From assembly GCA_963701085.1 (NCBI GenBank), contig OY969561.1, positions 736,001-800,000 on the forward strand: a DNA stretch of 64,000 nucleotides, written 5' to 3'. Position numbers and translations under genes: made by a program. The DNA comes from an uncultured bacterium (lineage in GTDB: Bacteria; Babelota; Babeliae; Babelales; Vermiphilaceae). The notes below the pieces were generated by a model that was not told the origin of the DNA, did not search any database, and worked only from the letters and a program-made list of their open reading frames with translations. Numbering within the stretch: position 1 is the first letter of the stretch; each line of letters starts with the position of its first letter. Below are positions 10,154 to 19,891 of this stretch, in pieces.

Positions 10154-11272
10154 ATGAAGATAATCAAAAAAACAGGTTCATTCATCGCTCTGCTGATGCT
10201 TGCTTCAACATTTAATAACTATAGCATGGAGCCGCAACAACAACCAGAATGGGCTACTGTTGTTGGCGATATCATTCTTGGCACTGCAAGTTTGACAATA
10301 CTATCGCAACCAAATGAACCCTTTGAATTCACTGCTCTACCACCGGAAATGCAAGATAAAATTATTCAGTTACTCAGCTTAAACACAACTGCCGAATCAC
10401 TTAAAGAGGCTGCAAAAACTATTAATTCTCTTGCTCAAGTGAATCATGAATTAAATCAACAGATAAACGATCCTAAATTTTGCCTCAGCATCATCAAACA
10501 TCTTGCACAAAAATTCAACTGCTCTGATCAGGAAGCAGCTAAGACATTACAGACACACGAGGCAAAACGGCGTCTTGTGTTGCAAAATCAACTCTATGTA
10601 CATTGCAGTACTCCATTCGGTATAACCGATCCCCTAAAAAATATCCCATCCCTTGATTCTTTATTAGAACAAGGCGTCGATTTAAATTTTACCTATGACA
10701 CGTTAACACCTAAACTTTTTTTTACTCCACTGATGCTTACAATCGCCAGCAGTAACCTAATGATTGGAGATCTTTGTTCAATTGGAAGAAATATCATCAA
10801 CTTAAATCAAAGAAATACTCTCAATGGTGATACAGCCCTTATACAAAGCGTTAAAAAAAGATCGCGTTTTAGTGTCCAGTGCCTTCTTGAAGAAGGTGCT
10901 GATCCTGAACTTGCCAATTTTGCTGGGCAAACACCACTAGAATTAGCCGCACAACGATATCACCTGACGCAGCACAGAAGCTATCAAAAAATTTTTAATC
11001 TTATTCAAAGGGCGATAGATATTTATTTTATTCAAAATGCGATAGATAACAAACATGTTAACCAAAGAAATAACAAAGGGCAAACTGCTTTATCATTAGC
11101 CGCAGCAATACCATCATCTCGCTTGGTAAAAACCATTCTTGATGCCGGTGCCGATCCCGAACTTGCTGATGATGAAGGCCTCACCCCACTTGCTGCTGCC
11201 CAACAAACTGACAACCAAGCAATTATTGATCTTATTCAAGATGCGATAGATAGAAAACATGGCTATAAATAA
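10154..11272 (+). CDS. Exported F-box-like + ankyrin-repeat protein
   Basis: Signal ending S-ME; FTALPPEMQDKIIQLL..SLAQVN; TPL/TAL repeats. Confidence 0.9.
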   Translation: MKIIKKTGSFIALLMLASTFNNYSMEPQQQPEWATVVGDIILGTASLTILSQPNEPFEFTALPPEMQDKIIQLLSLNTTAESLKEAAKTINSLAQVNHELNQQINDPKFCLSIIKHLAQKFNCSDQEAAKTLQTHEAKRRLVLQNQLYVHCSTPFGITDPLKNIPSLDSLLEQGVDLNFTYDTLTPKLFFTPLMLTIASSNLMIGDLCSIGRNIINLNQRNTLNGDTALIQSVKKRSRFSVQCLLEEGADPELANFAGQTPLELAAQRYHLTQHRSYQKIFNLIQRAIDIYFIQNAIDNKHVNQRNNKGQTALSLAAAIPSSRLVKTILDAGADPELADDEGLTPLAAAQQTDNQAIIDLIQDAIDRKHGYK

Positions 11273-11306
11273 CCCTACTACGCCAAGGCTACGAAGGGCG
11301 TAAACG
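11272..11306. repeat. Short palindromic element (B type), intergenic insertion
   Basis: ACCCTACTACGCCAAGGCTACGAAGGGCG; absent from the homologous junction at 8960-8990. Confidence 0.85.
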
Positions 11307-11319
11307 AAGGACCACGATC

Positions 11320-12447
11320 ATGACTAAAAAAATTAATTCACTCATCGCTCTACTGCTACTTGCTACGACGTTTAATAGCTACAGCATGGAGCCGCAGCGA
11401 CCACCGCAATGGACAGTCTTGACGTTAGTGATTGGAGATATCATTCTTGGCAAAAGACCACCAGAAATAGGGAAATTGCGGGAGTACGTTGTTTCGTTAC
11501 CTGCCATACCAGAATATATGCAAAAGTTAATCATTCAATTAATAACTTTATACGTCGATGCTCAATCACTTAAAGGAGCAACAGGAGCCATTAATTCTCT
11601 TGCTCAGGTAGATGATCAATTCAATCGATTAATTAATATCCCTGACTTTTGTTTATACCTTATCAAGCATCTTGCAAAAAAATTCAACCGCTCTGATCAG
11701 GAAGCAGCTGAAGCATTACAGACACACGAAGCAAAACGGCGTCTTGATTTGCAAAATCAACTCTATACATTGTGTGAAAATCCTCATAACTCCATATCTC
11801 TTGAAGATTTATATCATGCAGATTTGACATTCACCTATACCTCGTGGCCTCAAACATTATTAATGCAAGCAATCACCTTCGGCAGTATGGCGATAATACG
11901 CCAGCTTCTTAATGCCGGCGCTGATCCAGAAATCGCTAATAATGATGGGCTGACGCCATTACAAGCCGCTCAACAAACTGGTAACCAAGAAATTATTGAT
12001 CTTATTCAAAATGCGATAAATAAAAAACAAAATACTGCCCTTATAAAGGCAGCACAAAAGAACAACTGCCTTATGATCAAAGAACTTCTCTCTAATGGAG
12101 CAAACATCAATACAACTGATTCCGATGGAAACACAGCATTACTATGGGCTGTCGATCAAGAACATATAGATGCAGTCCAATGCCTTGTGGGCAATCCTAA
12201 TATTGCGATAGACCAACACAACAATGAAGAAGATACCGCTCTTATGCTAGCACTTGTTAAAAAAAACAAATTAATTATACAACTACTTCTTGATGCCGGC
12301 GCAGATCCTGAGCTGGGTGATAGTAGACGTCACACACCGTTAAAAATAGCTCAAAAAACTGAGGATGCAGAAATTATATCCTTAATAAGTAAAGCAATAC
12401 TAAAAAAGCATGGTGTAGTGAATATTTTTGCTAAAACACAAAAGTAG
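11320..12447 (+). CDS. Exported F-box-like + ankyrin-repeat protein (mosaic of neighbours)
   Basis: N-half resembles the 10154 gene, C-half resembles the 8981 gene. Confidence 0.9.
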   Translation: MTKKINSLIALLLLATTFNSYSMEPQRPPQWTVLTLVIGDIILGKRPPEIGKLREYVVSLPAIPEYMQKLIIQLITLYVDAQSLKGATGAINSLAQVDDQFNRLINIPDFCLYLIKHLAKKFNRSDQEAAEALQTHEAKRRLDLQNQLYTLCENPHNSISLEDLYHADLTFTYTSWPQTLLMQAITFGSMAIIRQLLNAGADPEIANNDGLTPLQAAQQTGNQEIIDLIQNAINKKQNTALIKAAQKNNCLMIKELLSNGANINTTDSDGNTALLWAVDQEHIDAVQCLVGNPNIAIDQHNNEEDTALMLALVKKNKLIIQLLLDAGADPELGDSRRHTPLKIAQKTEDAEIISLISKAILKKHGVVNIFAKTQK

Positions 12448-12549
12448 ATTTATATCAAATGCGATAGATAAAAAACATCGGAAATAATAGCTTTTTTGGG
12501 TTGTTTACGGTATCTTTTTCAAAAAAAACACCATTTTTTAAGGAGCTTC

Positions 12550-13302
12550 ATGATAAAACAGATCAATCCCGTACGCACAAAATATTTCCTCAGTATGTCT
12601 CTCAGTTCATTACTCGTCCTGCAATGTTCTGCCGATCCTATCGCATACCAACCTCACAATTTTCCTATCGTTAAATGTTCACTACAACCAAGCACTTATG
12701 AACAAATTTTGCTGACACAATTGCGTAATAAAAATAGCTCACGCACACAGTTCCGTGATGCTGCTAATAAGTTGATAGAACTCCTTGTCAGCAAAGTATT
12801 TGATTGCCTGCAAACAAAATCAATAGAAATTGATACTCCTGTTGCTGCGTGCATGGGGATAGTATTACAAGATGAGATAGAACAAATTGTTTCTGTCATG
12901 CGCTCTGGCGATGTCCCTCTGAACATATTCAGCGCATACTTCCCTTCCGCGGCAATTAATAAAATTTTAATCCAACGTAATGAAGAAACCGCTGAACCAA
13001 TTTTTAAATATCAAAAATTTTCGCCAACAATTTCTCAAGCAAAAAAAGTTGTCATTACTGAACCAATGATTGCTACTGGCGGAACACTCAGCATGGTCAT
13101 TGATCTCCTTAAAGAACATGGTGTTAAAGAAGAAAACATTATCATTGCCGCAGTCTGTGCTGCACCTGAAGGGTTAACACGATTATCACAACAATATCCA
13201 GATATCAGTGTTGTGCTGACGGTTGTTGATGATCATCTCAATGAAAAACAATATATTTCACCAGGAATTGGCGATTTTGGCGACCGGTATTTTGGAACTT
13301 GA
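12550..13302 (+). CDS. upp: Uracil phosphoribosyltransferase
   Basis: LTQLR..FR, KILIQRNEET, EPMIATGG, YISPGIGDFGDRYFGT; AGGAG RBS before ATG 12550. Confidence 0.92.
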   Translation: MIKQINPVRTKYFLSMSLSSLLVLQCSADPIAYQPHNFPIVKCSLQPSTYEQILLTQLRNKNSSRTQFRDAANKLIELLVSKVFDCLQTKSIEIDTPVAACMGIVLQDEIEQIVSVMRSGDVPLNIFSAYFPSAAINKILIQRNEETAEPIFKYQKFSPTISQAKKVVITEPMIATGGTLSMVIDLLKEHGVKEENIIIAAVCAAPEGLTRLSQQYPDISVVLTVVDDHLNEKQYISPGIGDFGDRYFGT

Positions 13303-13413
13303 CCCTTCGATACATTTTTGCAAGCAAAAACACTCAGGGTGAGCGGAGTAGGACAGAATACATCTCTTCCCGCTCGTCCTGAGTGTTTTTGCTTGCAAAA
13401 ATGTATCGAAGGA
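13301..13413. mobile_element. Large palindromic element (A type) with 8-bp flanking duplication
   Basis: 43-bp arms 13304-13346 / 13370-13412; TGGAACTT at 13293-13300 and 13414-13421. Confidence 0.85.
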
Positions 13414-13429
13414 TGGAACTTAAATCTTG

Positions 13430-14119
13430 CTACTTACCAAAATTTTTGCGGCAATTATCATAATAGGTAATTGCCGCTTCTAAATTTTGTACCGAAATAT
13501 CTGGCCATAAACAATCAAGAAAATAAAACTCACTATACGCGCATTGAAAAAGTAAAAAATTACTTAATCTTTGCTGGCCACCCGTACGAACAATAAGATC
13601 GGGTGATGGTATACCTGATGTCCACAAAAACTTTTCAAAAACATCCGTAGTAATATCAGCAGACTGCAAATTGCCCTGCGCAACTTCACAAGCAATCCGT
13701 TGTGCCGCATCTGCTATTTCTTGTCGTCCACCATAACAGAGCAGAAAATTAACCTGTAACGCATTGCCTGATGCAGTTTCACGCTCCATTGTTTCACATA
13801 CTGGTATAACACGTGCAGGAAACAATGTACGATCACCAATAAAGCGTATACAAATATTTTTACGTTTAAATGTTTCAAGATCTTGCAACGCTTCTTGTGC
13901 AAGCACTTCAAATAGATAACGCTGCTCATCTTGTGAACGTTGTAAATTTTCTATAGAAAATGCATACAAAGAAAGATAAGAAATCTGTTTTTCAAGGCAA
14001 AAATCAATCACTCGCTGTACCGCATTCAACCCTTTTTTGTGGCCAAACCAGGAAACTAAACCCTGTTGCAAAGCCCATCTTCGATTACCATCCATAATAC
14101 ATGCAAGATGTTTTACCAT
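13430..14119 (-). CDS. uppS: Undecaprenyl diphosphate synthase
   Basis: HLACIMDGNRRWA, YAFSIEN, YGGR, PDLIVRTGG..RLSNF. Confidence 0.97.
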   Translation of the reverse strand: MVKHLACIMDGNRRWALQQGLVSWFGHKKGLNAVQRVIDFCLEKQISYLSLYAFSIENLQRSQDEQRYLFEVLAQEALQDLETFKRKNICIRFIGDRTLFPARVIPVCETMERETASGNALQVNFLLCYGGRQEIADAAQRIACEVAQGNLQSADITTDVFEKFLWTSGIPSPDLIVRTGGQQRLSNFLLFQCAYSEFYFLDCLWPDISVQNLEAAITYYDNCRKNFGK

Positions 14120-14151
14120 TGATGCTACCTACTCAATATGCAATCTAATTT

Positions 14152-14877
14152 TTATTGATGAACTACTGGCATAGCTGATTTTTTATCAACAATATTTAGT
14201 GCATCAATTGCACCAAAAATTAACGAAAGTATACGATGTGCAACAACCATACCAAGCGCAAATACTATTCTTTCACACAACACAATTGGCATAAGTCCTA
14301 TCCACATACCAGCAGTCATTGGCATTGTATATAACCAGATAACAGAACCAACAGCATGCGCTACAAAAGTACTACCAAGAGCTTGTAAAAATACAGTTCC
14401 TCCTTCACCAAAGCGGAGTTTATCCTGAGCTCCGTCGAAGGAGCGGACAGGCTTTTGTGGAATAAAATATAAAACAATGGGAATCAACCAGTAAAATGCA
14501 TACACAAATGCCTGAGCACCAACGGGATGAATAACAAAAAGCCCCATGCAGGCAATGGGCAGCAACAATCGAATTGCATAATGATTACTTGCCCAATACA
14601 ACGATGCACATAATCCGGGCACACAAAAAGCAAGAAAGCTCAAGGATATTGTTTTAAAAAAAATGATGTGCACTAATTGACGCAGAAAAAAAACAAGTCC
14701 ACTACCCATAACACCACCAAAAGCACCTGCCAATGGTAAAACACTGTTACTTGCAGAGAACCATATCATCTGAGAACCAACCAAAAAACTAACTTTTAAT
14801 AATCCTGAAATTTTTGCTATACCAGCATATGATGCTGCTTTAAGAGAATTTTTTATCATTTTCATATATCTACCCAT
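14152..14877 (-). CDS. Multi-pass membrane protein with an in-frame palindromic insertion
   Basis: Multiple TM segments; codons at 14398-14451 derive from repeat DNA. Confidence 0.75.
   Translation of the reverse strand: MGRYMKMIKNSLKAASYAGIAKISGLLKVSFLVGSQMIWFSASNSVLPLAGAFGGVMGSGLVFFLRQLVHIIFFKTISLSFLAFCVPGLCASLYWASNHYAIRLLLPIACMGLFVIHPVGAQAFVYAFYWLIPIVLYFIPQKPVRSFDGAQDKLRFGEGGTVFLQALGSTFVAHAVGSVIWLYTMPMTAGMWIGLMPIVLCERIVFALGMVVAHRILSLIFGAIDALNIVDKKSAMPVVHQ
14398..14451 (-). repeat. Nested palindromic element, in frame (PVRSFDGAQDKLRFGEGG)
   Basis: CCTGTCCGC[TCCTTCGACGGAGCTCAGGATAAACTC]CGCTTTGGTGAAGGAGGA. Confidence 0.8.
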
Positions 14878-14939
14878 GTATATTTATACCAATCTCTACT
14901 CTCACTATACCAAATCCGTGAGCTAAAAAAAGAGCCCCT

Positions 14940-15620
14940 TTACTCTATCTCACACTCTCCCCGAACAAAACAAAAAGCTTTATACACATCATCAGTCACA
15001 CTAAACAACTTAACATGCTCAGACCTCACCAAGCCACGCGGAGCGGCTTCATCAGTAATCCATTGCATAAAAGGACGCCAATAATCCTTGCCAACCAACA
15101 CTATGGGAACTTTTTTCATCTGTTTTGTTTGAATTAAGGTAAGAACCTCAGAAAGCTCATCAAGCGTTCCAAAACCACCAGGGAAAACAACAAAACCACT
15201 TGAATACTGCGTAAGCAACCATTTACGTGCAAAAAAATAGTCCAATTCAAAATATTCTTCCACGCAAACATTTTGCGGCTCATTTAATCCCCGTACCCCA
15301 ATGCCAATACTTTTCACGTTACCTTTTCTGGTCGGTTTAATTGCGCCACAATTTGCCGCCTCCATAATACCAGGTCCCCCGCCAGTAAGTATTGATATCC
15401 CCTCTTCACCCAACCAAACCGCAAGCTGGTTTGCTTCTTGTGCGTATTTATCAGTCTGCGCAACTTTTGCACTCCCAAAAATAGAAATAATAGGATGAGC
15501 CAATTTTGAAACGCGCCACACACCGTAAATTATTTGAAAAAAAACACGGAAAAATTTCCATGCTAATGAACAACACATGCGAACTCTTTGCAATCTCATA
15601 ATTATTTTTCCTTTTTTCAT
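14940..15620 (-). CDS. LOG family protein (TIGR00730-like)
   Basis: FGSA, TGGGPGIMEAAN, FFARK, PGGFGTLDEL. Confidence 0.95.
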   Translation of the reverse strand: MKKGKIIMRLQRVRMCCSLAWKFFRVFFQIIYGVWRVSKLAHPIISIFGSAKVAQTDKYAQEANQLAVWLGEEGISILTGGGPGIMEAANCGAIKPTRKGNVKSIGIGVRGLNEPQNVCVEEYFELDYFFARKWLLTQYSSGFVVFPGGFGTLDELSEVLTLIQTKQMKKVPIVLVGKDYWRPFMQWITDEAAPRGLVRSEHVKLFSVTDDVYKAFCFVRGECEIE

Positions 15621-15758
15621 TATCCATTCAACTGGTTACATTCAAAAAAAAATTCTCTCTTTCTTGTGCAAGTATAATTTTCTATGTTACGTTTGCCAAC
15701 AGTAGACAATCCTACTATGCAATGAGATCATAGATCAATTACATAACAATGGAGCGTT

Positions 15759-16637
15759 ATGCACAATAAATTAATTTTTATGAGCCTTATCATCTGTGTT
15801 TCAACAATAAATGGAATGGAATTCAATGATTTTCAAGAATATGAATTTTTACCAGTAGAAATACAATATTTAATCATTTATTTTGCTACCAATCATCTTG
15901 CAGTCAAAAAACCAAAAGAAGCTACTCAAATAATCAGAAACCTTTCCGAAACAAGTAACAGTATCAACGCTATCATTAATACACCAAAATTTAATGTTAA
16001 CCTTATAAACAATCTTGCACATACATACAAATGTTCTCATCAATCTATTGCGCAATTTCTGAACACACAACAATCAAAAAAACAATTAGCTTTGCAACAT
16101 CAACTCAAACAATTATGTCGCATTGAACAAGATATTAACCTCCTAACAAAATTGAATGAATTAGTCTCCCAAGGCATAGATCTAGAATTTACCTACAATT
16201 ATTACCCTTGTCACAAAACACCTCTCATGATAGCTATGGACTATGACAACAATATGTTTGAATACCTCATTACGCATGGTGCAAATATCAACGGTTGTAA
16301 CCTCCATGGCGCCACTGTGTTACACCTTGCCGTCAGCAAACCAGTAAACAAATATTACATCGCACGACTTGCTACAAGCCCTGCCATTGCCATAAACCAA
16401 CAAAACTGCCGTGGTGAAAACGCTTTATTGCATTGTCTCACCAGAAAAAATTTACCCACTAATCGTCTCCTTACCGCCATAGTACGGACACTTCTTAAAG
16501 CAGGCATAGACCCTGAAAACAGCAACCGTAGACAAAAAGAGCTCAATCCCCTTACCGCTGCTCAAGATTTAGGTTACCAACCGATCATTAGTATTCTTGA
16601 AAAAGCCCTTGAAGAAAAGCATTCCTTAACTCAGTGA
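15759..16637 (+). CDS. Exported F-box-like + ankyrin-repeat protein
   Basis: Signal ending G-ME; LPVEIQYLII; TPLM, TVLHLA repeats; N-module homologous to the 7955/10154 genes. Confidence 0.88.
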   Translation: MHNKLIFMSLIICVSTINGMEFNDFQEYEFLPVEIQYLIIYFATNHLAVKKPKEATQIIRNLSETSNSINAIINTPKFNVNLINNLAHTYKCSHQSIAQFLNTQQSKKQLALQHQLKQLCRIEQDINLLTKLNELVSQGIDLEFTYNYYPCHKTPLMIAMDYDNNMFEYLITHGANINGCNLHGATVLHLAVSKPVNKYYIARLATSPAIAINQQNCRGENALLHCLTRKNLPTNRLLTAIVRTLLKAGIDPENSNRRQKELNPLTAAQDLGYQPIISILEKALEEKHSLTQ

Positions 16638-16857
16638 ACCTTTAAAGATTCCCGACATCACCCCCCTAAAACAGGCATTAAAAGGCTTGTTAGCTTTTTT
16701 CTTTATAATCTATTTGAATTTTTTACAAAATTCATGATATACTATATTTGAGTAAAAGAAAAGGCAAAAAAATGATGGTTTTATAAAAAAAGCTCTAAGA
16801 TTAACCGTTTTTTTGTTATACTTAACTCCTTAAAGCACCTTTTTTATAGGATTATTA

Positions 16858-18303
16858 ATGACAAACAATAAGGGATGGGGAAAATTTCTGCTTTATCTCT
16901 ACTGCTCAGCAGCCCTCCTGGGCAACAGCTTTGCTATCAATGCTGCTCGAAGACGAAAAAAAACAAAAGATTTTTATGCTGCCTTGCATAATGATGCCAA
17001 TTTTGTTGATATAAATGCGTCAGAACCAGAGATATGGGTAACTATTTTTCTTCATGGCATTATGAGCATCCAGCCCCACTTAACCGTACAAAATGTAATG
17101 CGATTTGTTCGCGATGATGTTCATCATACTATCTACTCCAAAACTGTTGAATACATGCGTCTAGACCCCTATTTTTATCTTAACCAGGCAATGCAGGAGT
17201 TTGGCCTCAAAAAAGTTGATCTTAATGATCTACAACCAGGGTATGCAACCAATGCCATTGCACAAATCTATGATGATGTGACAAAGCTCGTCACCCCCCT
17301 GGCAAAAACTCATTATTATACTTTTGGCTGGTCAGGGCTCCTGAGCCCCACAAGCCGTTATGCCGATTCAGTTAAACTTTTCGAGCAACTCACCGCTGAA
17401 CTGCAAGAAAAATACTGGAAATACAACATTTTCCCTAAAATACGCCTTGTTGGCTACAGCCATGGAGGTAATGTATGCCTTAATCTTGCTGCAGCCCGCC
17501 AAAACACTAACCCTAAGTCTCCTATTTCCATCGATGAATTAATATTAGTTGGCGTTCCCATACAGACCGAAACTGATTATTTAGCAAACGACCCAATATT
17601 TAAAAAAATATATCATTTCTTCTCACAAAAAGACCGCATACAACGAATAGACTTTTTCTCATTTAATCGCGTATTCTCACGCCGTTACTTCAGAAACAGC
17701 AATAATTTTAAAGTCCCAAAAAAACTTATGCAAATCGATGTGAAGTTTATACGAAGCGCTCACACAAGGCACAATACCCCCGCACGCCAAGCCGCTTGTG
17801 GTAATTTTGACAACCCAGGCATTATCTCAGGCAAATCTTCCTTACTGCGTGATTGCTCACCTGGCCATCTTGAATTCTGGTTTTTTGGATGGTCGCCAAA
17901 GCATTACCGTGAAAGTTTTGTCTTTAATCCACTTCCTGCCTTCATTACCATTCCGTATGTTCTCTACTATATTAGACAAATACGGGATGAAATTATCACC
18001 CCGTATCCCGTTATTGTCGATATACGTCCAGAATTTGAAACAATGCTCATAAAACAAAGAAAATATAATAACGTCACCCATATTTTCCCATTTTTATCAC
18101 ATGAAGAAGTTAATAAACTTAACTCAATCGCAAACAAAGTTGCTGTTGATAGCTCCTTTGAAGATGAATATGAAGATCATGTGCAAGCAGCGTTTGAAAA
18201 AGCAAAAGAATATTACAAAATATATGATGATCGCAAATCACGAACTGGATCATATAAACGTAATCGCCGCATGCGTAAGCGTAATTTAACGGAAACAGAA
18301 TAA
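16858..18303 (+). CDS. Exported alpha/beta-hydrolase-fold protein
   Basis: IFLHG, FGWSG and GYSHGG nucleophile elbow. Confidence 0.75.
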   Translation: MTNNKGWGKFLLYLYCSAALLGNSFAINAARRRKKTKDFYAALHNDANFVDINASEPEIWVTIFLHGIMSIQPHLTVQNVMRFVRDDVHHTIYSKTVEYMRLDPYFYLNQAMQEFGLKKVDLNDLQPGYATNAIAQIYDDVTKLVTPLAKTHYYTFGWSGLLSPTSRYADSVKLFEQLTAELQEKYWKYNIFPKIRLVGYSHGGNVCLNLAAARQNTNPKSPISIDELILVGVPIQTETDYLANDPIFKKIYHFFSQKDRIQRIDFFSFNRVFSRRYFRNSNNFKVPKKLMQIDVKFIRSAHTRHNTPARQAACGNFDNPGIISGKSSLLRDCSPGHLEFWFFGWSPKHYRESFVFNPLPAFITIPYVLYYIRQIRDEIITPYPVIVDIRPEFETMLIKQRKYNNVTHIFPFLSHEEVNKLNSIANKVAVDSSFEDEYEDHVQAAFEKAKEYYKIYDDRKSRTGSYKRNRRMRKRNLTETE

Positions 18304-18315
18304 TAAAAGAACTTA

Positions 18316-19866
18316 CTACTTTTTTAACTCTTCCAACAATCTCTTTTTGTGCAAAACAGCATCATAAATACGTTTCAATAATTCTTTATTATTATCATGA
18401 TGATGGAGCATCTCCACAAAAGTTAATGTCTCTAACCAACGTAATTCGTTCAAGCCAACATCTAATCCTAAATGATGTAGTAATAATTCTACTTTTTCAT
18501 AATCCTGATTCCAAATTGTTGTAGACAATAAAGAATTAGAGAACATATTAATTATATTGAGATACCATGTTTGCTTAAGATCTTCTTCGGTAAAGTGCTC
18601 ATTACGTGAACGAGCAATCCTCAAAAAATAATTTATTTTTTCACTTATTAAACGATAACAGAAAAAAGATGCTGCAGCCTCATCGTTACAACCATCTTTT
18701 CTGGCAATTGTTCGAATAATCATTTGTTGATTTTTTTCTGCAGAATAATAATTATGAAAAAATTTATTAGTACAGGAAAGAGCTTTAAAAGTTTCTTTCA
18801 TATCCTGAACACGAGGGCTCAAACACAATAGTTTAGTAATATAGAATAGAATGTCACAATTATATAATACTTCTTTTTTAAGAGCATCATTCTGCTGCTC
18901 TGCATATTTAGCAAGAATCGCATTTTTAATTGGCTCAGGTAATTGATCAAAATTTTCACATAAAAAAGATTTATAAGCGTAACGTTCTTTATATAACTTA
19001 AAGTCATCGGGGATTGTTACCCCTTTAATATTATACATTTTAACTTCCTCTTTTGTCTCATATTTTTCATGCAGCGGGGACGACTTTCTATTAACAAAAG
19101 TCATTAACTTTGTATATACATGAGTTGACTGTAAAAATGCACGCACAAGCGCAGGAAATTCCAATAAATAACCAAAATCACAATACATTAAATTTTCCAA
19201 CTCTATAAAACAATGGCATTGTTTTAATGGATATTTAGAACTCAAGGAATACTCAATAATATTTTCCTCAGGTCTTTTATCACAATCATAAAAACAATTC
19301 CGAACCCCATGCAAATAAACTTCTCCCTGACGATTAAAATTAAAACGACATTTGTAATCCCATAAGTCATAAAAGGTAACAGTATCACCTGCATCACATA
19401 AATCACCATCATCCATCAAATAAAACATCCTCAGCATTAATTTATCTGGGTAAGGCTGTTTATCTCTGCCCAACAATACATACGTACTGCCATGCTTATG
19501 CCATGTAACTTCTGCATCAGTCGTTGAAATCTCTGTAAAAGAAGCACGACCACGAACCGTTACCTTCCTACCCGGTATTCCATAATTTTTTAAATAATTT
19601 TTTCTTAATTCAACAGTATTATGTATTGTTTTATTATAATGTTTTACATGTGTCCCGAAATAATTTTTTCTTGCTTCAACTGTCTCTTGTATTATTGTGT
19701 TATAATCCTTATCAACCAACGCCAACGCGCACAGTGAATCATGAGAAAGATACGTAATATTACGCACCATTATCTCTTTAACAAGGTGATGACGAAATTG
19801 TTCATCCATGCATAGTAAAGATGACGAAAAAGTAGCCAGTATAAAAAATGAATACAGCTTACGCAT
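18316..19866 (-). CDS. Exported hypothetical protein with two F-box-like modules
   Basis: Signal ending C-MD; ALALVDK and DILFYITKLL..ALSCTNK segments. Confidence 0.7.
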   Translation of the reverse strand: MRKLYSFFILATFSSSLLCMDEQFRHHLVKEIMVRNITYLSHDSLCALALVDKDYNTIIQETVEARKNYFGTHVKHYNKTIHNTVELRKNYLKNYGIPGRKVTVRGRASFTEISTTDAEVTWHKHGSTYVLLGRDKQPYPDKLMLRMFYLMDDGDLCDAGDTVTFYDLWDYKCRFNFNRQGEVYLHGVRNCFYDCDKRPEENIIEYSLSSKYPLKQCHCFIELENLMYCDFGYLLEFPALVRAFLQSTHVYTKLMTFVNRKSSPLHEKYETKEEVKMYNIKGVTIPDDFKLYKERYAYKSFLCENFDQLPEPIKNAILAKYAEQQNDALKKEVLYNCDILFYITKLLCLSPRVQDMKETFKALSCTNKFFHNYYSAEKNQQMIIRTIARKDGCNDEAAASFFCYRLISEKINYFLRIARSRNEHFTEEDLKQTWYLNIINMFSNSLLSTTIWNQDYEKVELLLHHLGLDVGLNELRWLETLTFVEMLHHHDNNKELLKRIYDAVLHKKRLLEELKK

Positions 19867-19891
19867 GATTAAAACTCTTATGTAAAAAATT

